Assembly (NCBI GenBank): GCA_037305845.1
Contig: CP147778.1
Coordinates: 672,001-736,000 of the forward strand
Direction of reading: 5' to 3'
DNA from: Candidatus Freyarchaeum deiterrae
GTDB taxonomy: Archaea; Asgardarchaeota; Jordiarchaeia; Jordiarchaeales; Jordiarchaeaceae
Length of the DNA: 64,000 nucleotides
Positions 57,579 through 64,000 of this stretch are shown here, in pieces. Below the pieces are notes generated by a model. The model did not search any database and was not told where the DNA came from. It saw only the letters and a list, made by a program, of their open reading frames with translations. A program made the position numbers and the translations under genes. Positions within the stretch are counted from its first letter, which is position 1; every line of letters starts with the position of its first letter.

Positions 57579-58355
57579 GTGATATTTCTGCCAATAATAA
57601 ACGAGGGGTTATTTCAAGAGCTTCAAAGAAACACTGGTAAGAGTAAACCAAGAATTTATCAAATGATACAAGAAAAAAGGAGAGAATACGGGTACTCTAT
57701 CTCTAAAGAAACAGCAGCTGCTTTACTTGCAGCCAGTAAGGGAATAGATATCTCTAAATTTTTGGAGCCTGAAGAATTAGTGGAAGTAAGAAACCTAATA
57801 AAAGGCAGTGGAACATTATCACCAACTGGAGTAGTATCAAAGCCACATACAGAACCTCTTCCAAAAGCTGTAAAGAGTAAAAGAGGGGAACTTCTAATCG
57901 AAGGCTTTACTCTTCCAGAGAACATTGCAAATGATTCGGAAAAAATGTCCAAAGTTTATTCTATGATTTATGTACTTGAAAATGCGCTTAGATATCTTGT
58001 AATCAGTGTATTAGAAAAAAATTGTGGTAAAGATTGGTGGGAAAATAAAGTTTCACCGAATATTCGAAAAAATGTCGAAGGGAGAATAAGACAAGAAGAT
58101 AAAAACAGATGGCATAGCAAAAGAGGAGCTCAAAAAATATTCTATACTGATTTTGGAGACTTGAATTTAATCATAGTTGGTAATTGGAAAGATTTTAAAG
58201 ATCTTTTTCCGAATCAAATGTGGATTCAAAGTAGACTTAACGAAATTGAGCTTTCAAGAAACATAATTGCTCATAATAATTCGTTACCGAATAAGGAAAT
58301 AAAGAGAATAGAAATGTATTCTGAAGATTTAAAAAAACAATTAGCGGATAAATAA
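57579..58355 (+). CDS. Swt1-like HEPN-domain RNase with N-terminal helical domain
   Basis: YVLENALR, DWW, FYTDFGDL..II..NW..F...F, RNIIAH (Rx4H). Confidence 0.85.
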   Translation: MIFLPIINEGLFQELQRNTGKSKPRIYQMIQEKRREYGYSISKETAAALLAASKGIDISKFLEPEELVEVRNLIKGSGTLSPTGVVSKPHTEPLPKAVKSKRGELLIEGFTLPENIANDSEKMSKVYSMIYVLENALRYLVISVLEKNCGKDWWENKVSPNIRKNVEGRIRQEDKNRWHSKRGAQKIFYTDFGDLNLIIVGNWKDFKDLFPNQMWIQSRLNEIELSRNIIAHNNSLPNKEIKRIEMYSEDLKKQLADK

Positions 58356-58435
58356 ATTTAATTTGTATATCTGAATAGACCCGCTTCTCGGCTTATTTTT
58401 TGGCAAGAACATAAATAAAAAATAATTAGGCTTTT

Positions 58436-59923
58436 TTATTGGTTCTTTTCTTTTTGGTAGGGGAACCACCATGGTCTTGTTTTGTTTTTGCTGTAGTCTA
58501 TGTTGATTTGTTTGAGTGTTGTGAATTCGATGATTCCTTCTCTTCCTAGTTCTTTTCCCATTCCGCTGTTTTTTATTCCTCCCCAGGGGCAGTTTGCGTA
58601 TGCTGTGTTTATTTCGTTTATCCATATCATTCCTGCTTTGACTTTTTGCATGAGGTCCATGGCATCGTTCAGGTTTTCAGTCCATATTGATGCGCCCAGT
58701 CCGTATGGGGTGCAGTTTGCTATCCCTACTGCTTCTTCTGTGGTTTTGGCTGTTATGATTGTGGCTACTGGTCCGAATACTTCTTCGTTTACTACTTTCA
58801 TTTTGTCGTTGGTGTTTGTGATTATGGTTGGTTCGTAGTAGTATCCTTTTTTGAGGTTTGGTGGAATTTTTCCTCCGAGTTTTATTGTGGCTCCATTTTT
58901 TTTGGCGTCGTCTACTTGGCTTATTACTTTTTGGCGTTGTTTGCTGCTTACGAGTGGTCCCATGTCTGTGGCAGGGTCTAGTCCGTTTCCTACTTTTATT
59001 TTTGATGCCTTTTTCGTTAGGTTGTCAATGAATTCTTCTGCGATTTCTTCTAGTACGATTATTCTTTTTGGGCTGGTGCATACTTGTCCGCAGTTGGTGA
59101 ATCTTCCCCAGTTTGCGGCGTTTACTGCTTCTTCGAGGTCTGCTGTTGGTAGTACTATGAAGGGGTCGCTTCCTCCTAGTTCTAGGGATAGTTTGTGGAG
59201 TTTGTTTGCTGAGTTTTGCATTATTTTTTTGCCGGCTTCTGCGCTTCCTGTGAATGCTATCATGTCTACGTTTGATTCTACTAGCATTGCGCCTACTGCT
59301 CCGTCTCCGTGTATTACGTTTAGTACTCCGGGTGGTAGTTTTGCTTCCTGTGCGAGTTTGCCGATTTCTGCTCCTACGAAGGGTGTTAGTTCTGAGGGTT
59401 TGTAGACTACGGTGTTTCCGGTTAGGAGTGCTGGTGCTATTGCCCAGATTGAGAGTTGTAGGGGGAAGTTCCAGGGTTTTATTACGCCTACTACTCCTAT
59501 GGGTTCTCTTATTGTGAGGGCGAATTTGTTTGGGTATATGCTGTTGTCTATGGGTAGGGTTTCTCCGGCTATGTAGGCTTTTCCTTCTTCGGCGATTATG
59601 TTGGTCATTCCTGAGGTTTCGCTGACTTCGGTTCTGGACTCTTTTAGTGGGCGGCCCATTTCGGTGGTTATGAGTTTCTGTATTTCTTCGGCTTTATCTT
59701 TCATTAGTGTCGCTATTTCTTTCACGTATCTTGCGCGTCTCCAGATGCTTAGTTCTCTCCATTTGCTCGACGCTTTTTCTGCCGCGTTTACGGCTTCTTC
59801 CACCAATTCTTGATCGGCGCAGTATACTGTGCCTATCGGTTCTTCGGTGGCGGGGTTGATGGATTTCATGGTGTTTTCGCTTTCTATCCACTCCCCGTTG
59901 ATTAACATCTTGCACTCTTCCAT
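58436..59923 (-). CDS. NAD(P)-dependent aldehyde dehydrogenase
   Basis: PWNFP, KPSE, FTGS, LELGG, GQVC, EEVFGP, YGL, WGG.K.SG.G.E.G. Confidence 0.95.
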   Translation of the reverse strand: MEECKMLINGEWIESENTMKSINPATEEPIGTVYCADQELVEEAVNAAEKASSKWRELSIWRRARYVKEIATLMKDKAEEIQKLITTEMGRPLKESRTEVSETSGMTNIIAEEGKAYIAGETLPIDNSIYPNKFALTIREPIGVVGVIKPWNFPLQLSIWAIAPALLTGNTVVYKPSELTPFVGAEIGKLAQEAKLPPGVLNVIHGDGAVGAMLVESNVDMIAFTGSAEAGKKIMQNSANKLHKLSLELGGSDPFIVLPTADLEEAVNAANWGRFTNCGQVCTSPKRIIVLEEIAEEFIDNLTKKASKIKVGNGLDPATDMGPLVSSKQRQKVISQVDDAKKNGATIKLGGKIPPNLKKGYYYEPTIITNTNDKMKVVNEEVFGPVATIITAKTTEEAVGIANCTPYGLGASIWTENLNDAMDLMQKVKAGMIWINEINTAYANCPWGGIKNSGMGKELGREGIIEFTTLKQINIDYSKNKTRPWWFPYQKEKNQ

Positions 59924-60109
59924 CTAAAATCACCTCTCCAGAAATATTCCTACCAGCACTAGTATTTCAATTTTGCCGATGGATTGTTATAGCTAATGTA
60001 CCGGGGGCTTCAAAAGCTGTAAGCGATTAATTAAAAAGAACACTAGTAAGCTTTAGAAGACTATCTTAATAATGTTGTAATTATTAAAGCGGTATGACGG
60101 ATAGAGCGT

Positions 60110-60679
60110 GTGTATGAATTGAAGAAACTTTTGGAGGTTAGGTGGCACGGCAGAGGAGGCCAAGGAGTTTGGACAACCAGTGAACTCCTAGCGCGTGCCG
60201 CTATTATTGAGGGTAAGTACGTACAATCGTTTCCAGAGTTTGGTCCCGAGAGGATGGGTGCGCCGGTGGCGGCTTTCACGAGAATCAGTGATGAGCCGAT
60301 TCAACTGCATTGCGCTGTGTATAACCCGGATGTGGTGGTGGTGTTGGATCCGACTCTGATTAAGACTGTTCCGGTTGCTCAGGGATTAGATGATGGCGGT
60401 GCTGTTGTGGTGAATTCTAGGGGGGAACCAGTTGAAATCCGAAGTGCAATCAGGCTTGAGGGGGGTAGGGTTTGGGTTATTCCGGCGACGGAGATTGCCG
60501 TCAGAATTCTGGGGAGACCGATTATGAACACAGCAATGTTGGGCGCGGCGGCTCGTGTGATGGGTGTGGTTAGTTTGGATAGTCTTGAGAGGGTAGTTAG
60601 GGAGCGTTTTGGGCATGGTGCTGGCGAGAAGAATGTTTCCGTCATGAGAGAGGCGTATAGGGAGGTGAAATCGGAGTGA
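60110..60679 (+). CDS. porG: Pyruvate/2-oxoacid:ferredoxin oxidoreductase gamma subunit
   Basis: EVRWHGRGGQG, FPEFGPERMGAPV, NTAMLGA. Confidence 0.92.
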   Translation: MYELKKLLEVRWHGRGGQGVWTTSELLARAAIIEGKYVQSFPEFGPERMGAPVAAFTRISDEPIQLHCAVYNPDVVVVLDPTLIKTVPVAQGLDDGGAVVVNSRGEPVEIRSAIRLEGGRVWVIPATEIAVRILGRPIMNTAMLGAAARVMGVVSLDSLERVVRERFGHGAGEKNVSVMREAYREVKSE

Positions 60680-62346
60680 AGTCTCAATGGAAGCGTTGGG
60701 ATGAGATTCCAATAGCGGGCGTGTGCTGGAGACCGAGTACCGATTATTTAACCGGGGACTGGAGGAGCTTTAAGCCGGTTTGGGTTGAGCGTGTGTCACC
60801 GTGCACGTATAATTGTCCGGCATGGAATCGTATTCCCCAGTACTTGAGAAAAATCCGGGATGGGAAACTTGATGAGGCGGCGGAAATTCTTTTGGAGACT
60901 AATCCTTTGCCGTCGATTACTGGTAGAGTTTGTCCCCACTTCTGTGTGCAGGGCTGCAATCGCGGTCGGTATGATGAAGCGATATCCATAAGAGATGTGG
61001 AGCGGTTCCTAGGCGACTACATCCTGGATAAGAAGGGTGAAATTCTAACCCGTTCTCTTGCACCGGAAAATGGGAGAAGTGTTGCGATAATTGGTTCTGG
61101 ACCTTGTGGTCTTTCGGGAGCCTATTACCTGAGAAAAATGGGCTACAGGGTAGTCGTATTTGAAAGGGAGGAGAAACCGGCGGGGGTGTTAACATATGGA
61201 ATACCTTCATACAGGCTTCCCAAGCAGATAGTCGAGAAGGAGGTTTTAGCGCTCACGAAAGCAGGGGTTGAAATTAGAACAAACGTTGCTGTTGGTGTTG
61301 ATGTGGACTTTGAGGATGTCCGAAGAGAATATGATGCCGTTCTGTTGGCTACGGGCGTACCGAGGGAGGCGGAAATGGGGATACCGGGTGAAGATTTGAT
61401 GATTCCGGGGTTGGAATTCTTAAAAAGAGTGAACGAGGGGTTGAGGGAGTCTCCTGGAGAGGGTGTCGCCGTGATTGGAGGGGGAAACGTCAGCATGGAT
61501 GTTTCTAGAACTCTGAAAAGGTTGGGTGCGAATCCGGTAGTCCTCTATAGACGGAGCGAGAAAGAGATGCCCGCAATTGCCGAGGAGGTAGAGAAAGCGA
61601 AGCAGGATGGTGTGCAGCTGCAGTTCTTAACTCAGCCAGTGGAAGCGTCGAGGAAGAACAATAAAATCGTGCTTAAATGCGTAAAGATGCAACTGGGGGA
61701 GCCGGATGACTCTGGGAGGAGGAGACCAGTGCCCGTTGAGGGATCAGAATTCACTTTGGAGTTTGACGCTGTAATTAAAGCGGTGGGTGAGAGCCCCGAC
61801 ACGACATGGATTCCAAGGGAATTCCTTAGCGATAATGGATGGGTGAAGGTAAACGAATCGACGTACTTGGTTGCGGGGAATGTCTTTGCTGCGGGAGACT
61901 TGACGTCTGGTCCGGCGACAGTTGTTGAAGCCGTAACCGCTGGGAGAAAAGCGGCGAAAAGCATAGATCAGTATCTGAAGGGAGAGGAGTTCAAGGCGGA
62001 AACGCCACTAGGAGAACCCGTTAAATTCGAAGAAATGAACCTTGCACATTATTACGAATTAGCGGGAAGAGTGGAAACTCCTGAGCGTCCCCCGCGGGAT
62101 AGAATGGGAACGTTTGATACTGAAGAGGTTTCGGGTATTGGTTTGGAATATGCCAAAGGGGAGGCTGATAGATGTTTCAGTTGTGGTTACTGTAGAGTGT
62201 GTGGGCTTTGCGCAATTTTCTGTCCGGACTCTGCGGTGAAGTTGAGGGGTGATAGTCCGGAATGTAACTATGATTTTTGTAAGGGTTGCGGGATATGTGC
62301 AAATGAGTGTCCGTGTAAAGCCATAATCATGGAAATGGAGAGATGA
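60676..62346 (+). CDS. PorD (delta) fused with a GltD/SudA-like NAD(P)/FAD oxidoreductase
   Basis: PorD N-terminus (W.EIP.AG...TGDWRSFKPV); CTYNCP, GRVCPHFC..GCNR, IGSGPCG, IGGGNVSMD, AAGD; C-terminal CRVCGLCAIFCPD and CKGCGICANECP. Confidence 0.85.
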   Translation: MKSQWKRWDEIPIAGVCWRPSTDYLTGDWRSFKPVWVERVSPCTYNCPAWNRIPQYLRKIRDGKLDEAAEILLETNPLPSITGRVCPHFCVQGCNRGRYDEAISIRDVERFLGDYILDKKGEILTRSLAPENGRSVAIIGSGPCGLSGAYYLRKMGYRVVVFEREEKPAGVLTYGIPSYRLPKQIVEKEVLALTKAGVEIRTNVAVGVDVDFEDVRREYDAVLLATGVPREAEMGIPGEDLMIPGLEFLKRVNEGLRESPGEGVAVIGGGNVSMDVSRTLKRLGANPVVLYRRSEKEMPAIAEEVEKAKQDGVQLQFLTQPVEASRKNNKIVLKCVKMQLGEPDDSGRRRPVPVEGSEFTLEFDAVIKAVGESPDTTWIPREFLSDNGWVKVNESTYLVAGNVFAAGDLTSGPATVVEAVTAGRKAAKSIDQYLKGEEFKAETPLGEPVKFEEMNLAHYYELAGRVETPERPPRDRMGTFDTEEVSGIGLEYAKGEADRCFSCGYCRVCGLCAIFCPDSAVKLRGDSPECNYDFCKGCGICANECPCKAIIMEMER

Positions 62347-63569
62347 ATAGAATGCTTGTTGAACAAAGGGTTTTAGCCTTGAATGGAAATGAAGCAGTTG
62401 CGTATGTTGTCAAGCAAGCGGATGTTGATGTGGTGGCGGCTTACCCTATAACTCCCCAAACGATAATTGTTGAGAGATTAGGCGAGTACGTTGCCAAGGG
62501 AGAGGTTAATATGGAATTTATTTGTGTTGAGTCGGAGCATAGCGCGTTGTCGGCGTGTTTGGCTGCTTCAGCAATGGGTGCGAGGGTCTTCACAGCTTCA
62601 GCGTCTGCGGGATTAGCGTTGATGCATGAAATTCTCTACGTGACTTCAGGGTGTCGTGCACCGGTTGTTATGGCGGTTGTTAATAGAACCTTTTCTTCGC
62701 CGGCAAATATTCACTGTGAGCATACGGACAGCATGGTTGAGCGGGACAGTAGCTGGATACAAATGTATGTGGAAAATTCACAGGAAGCTTACGACTCCAT
62801 GATTCAGGCTTTTCGAATAGCGGAGCATCCGGACATTATGTTGCCGATTATGGTTTGCTTGGACGGTTTCACGTTGAGTCATACGCTGGAGAATGTGCGT
62901 GTTCTTCCAGATGATGCCGTCAGAAATTTTGTTGGGAACCGCGAATTCCCGCTGGTGACGAATCATCGGGGAAAAACTGTGCCCTTTAAGCTTGACTTTG
63001 AGAATCCGATAACCATTGGATCGCTGGATTTACAGGATTACTATTTTGAACATAAGAGACAGCAGGAAGAAGCCATGGGGAAGGCGCTGGAAATCATTCA
63101 GCGGATAAATGAGGAATACGCAAGGATGAGTGGAAGACGGTACGGGGACGGCTTTCTTGATGCATATAAGCTTGAGGATGCTGAAATAGCTGCGGTGTGC
63201 GTTGGCTCAACAGCTGGGACTGTGAAAGCAGTTGTAGACGACCTAAGGGCGGAGGGAGTTAAAGCGGGTGTACTTAGAATCCGCACGTTCAGGCCTTTAC
63301 CGGTTGAGGGAATAGTTAGGGCGCTTGAGAACGTTAAGGCGGTGGCGGTCATGGATAGAAGCATTAGTTATGGAGGACAGGGTGGACCGGTATTCCACGA
63401 AGTTCACCATGCACTTTACGATACATCAAACCGTCCACAAGTGGTTAACTACATTTATGGTATAGGCGGGAGAGACACGAGTCCAAGCCAGATACGAAAA
63501 ATCTACGAAGAACTAGGGGAGATACTGGAAGCAGGACGCGTTGAGAATCCTGTCAGATTTGTTGATTGA
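62343..63569 (+). CDS. porA: Pyruvate/2-oxoacid:ferredoxin oxidoreductase alpha subunit
   Basis: [35 protein letters not shown]. Confidence 0.93.
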   Translation: MNRMLVEQRVLALNGNEAVAYVVKQADVDVVAAYPITPQTIIVERLGEYVAKGEVNMEFICVESEHSALSACLAASAMGARVFTASASAGLALMHEILYVTSGCRAPVVMAVVNRTFSSPANIHCEHTDSMVERDSSWIQMYVENSQEAYDSMIQAFRIAEHPDIMLPIMVCLDGFTLSHTLENVRVLPDDAVRNFVGNREFPLVTNHRGKTVPFKLDFENPITIGSLDLQDYYFEHKRQQEEAMGKALEIIQRINEEYARMSGRRYGDGFLDAYKLEDAEIAAVCVGSTAGTVKAVVDDLRAEGVKAGVLRIRTFRPLPVEGIVRALENVKAVAVMDRSISYGGQGGPVFHEVHHALYDTSNRPQVVNYIYGIGGRDTSPSQIRKIYEELGEILEAGRVENPVRFVD

Positions 63570-63582
63570 AGGAAGTGGAAGG

Positions 63583-64000
63583 ATGAAGGAAAAAATGGAA
63601 CCATTTTCTGAATGGAAATTCACCACGAAAGAGATAGCTGAAAAACCAGATTTGTTCATGTCCGGACACCGAGCTTGCGCCGGATGCGGAGCGACCATCG
63701 TTCTGAGACTCGTCATGAAAGCGGTCAGGGGATCAACAATAGTTACTAATGCGACAGGCTGCATGGAGGTTATCTCAACGATTTATCCGTACACGGCGTG
63801 GGATGCACCATGGTTACACACCGCCTTCGAAAACGTAGCCGCAAACGCTTCGGGAATTGAAGCAGCGATAAAAGCGCTCAAAAGAAAGGGAGAAATAAGT
63901 CAGGAAGAACAAATAGACATTGTCGCCTTCGCTGGAGACGGAGGAACCTACGACATTGGAATCCAAGCCCTGTCGGGAGCCGTTGAAAGAGGACATGATT
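63583..64000 (+). CDS. porB: Pyruvate/2-oxoacid:ferredoxin oxidoreductase beta subunit (partial)
   Basis: Manual translation: [37 protein letters not shown]. Confidence 0.92.
   Translation, partial: MKEKMEPFSEWKFTTKEIAEKPDLFMSGHRACAGCGATIVLRLVMKAVRGSTIVTNATGCMEVISTIYPYTAWDAPWLHTAFENVAANASGIEAAIKALKRKGEISQEEQIDIVAFAGDGGTYDIGIQALSGAVERGHD

Noticed and set aside
1-64000. tRNA/rRNA genes, integrase, transposase or att sites bounding the island
   Set aside because: None recognised by eye; tRNAscan-SE and a direct-repeat search would be needed to exclude them

Overview
Archaeal genomic window, AT-rich overall, with GGTGA/GGAGG Shine-Dalgarno motifs and archaeal-type por, KaiC-V4R and XPB genes. 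The gene mix suggests an anaerobic Asgard/TACK-like heterotroph, which is inference only. Left to right: a partial PolX and an Fpg; an unannotated 38-aa prepilin-like peptide; an FGGY kinase-glpABC-AGPS-like FAD oxidoreductase cluster with two GlpC-type Fe-S proteins, interrupted by three unknown Cys-motif genes; and sfsA. Next is a tandem array of six diversified Cys4 V4R/MetOD-like paralogues (14.6-22.5 kb, seventh copy at 33.4 kb), whose intergenic DNA still carries the chimeric PHP/sfsA duplication junctions. After it come NfeD, a catalytically degenerate KaiC-V4R fusion, a secernin/C69 peptidase, an XPB-like helicase, PhlG-like and UroD-like genes, toxin-antitoxin debris, an orphan LuxE, a Zn-ADH and lsrF. 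A ~20-kb AT-rich defence island (38.5-58.4 kb) holds a 1257-aa multi-HTH/LAGLIDADG protein, ParB-like, PD-(D/E)XK, MBL and OLD nucleases, Hachiman hamAB, an MvaI/BcnI-type R-M system with an RHH leader gene, and an unusual winged-helix paralogue operon with a nuclease, divergent from an HTH + Swt1-HEPN pair. The window ends with an aldehyde dehydrogenase and a por operon whose delta subunit contains an inserted GltD/SudA-like flavoprotein. No rRNA, tRNA, CRISPR array or transposase was recognised. Best candidates for undescribed systems: the V4R-like sensor array with KaiC-V4R, and the wHTH-array/nuclease/HEPN defence locus.
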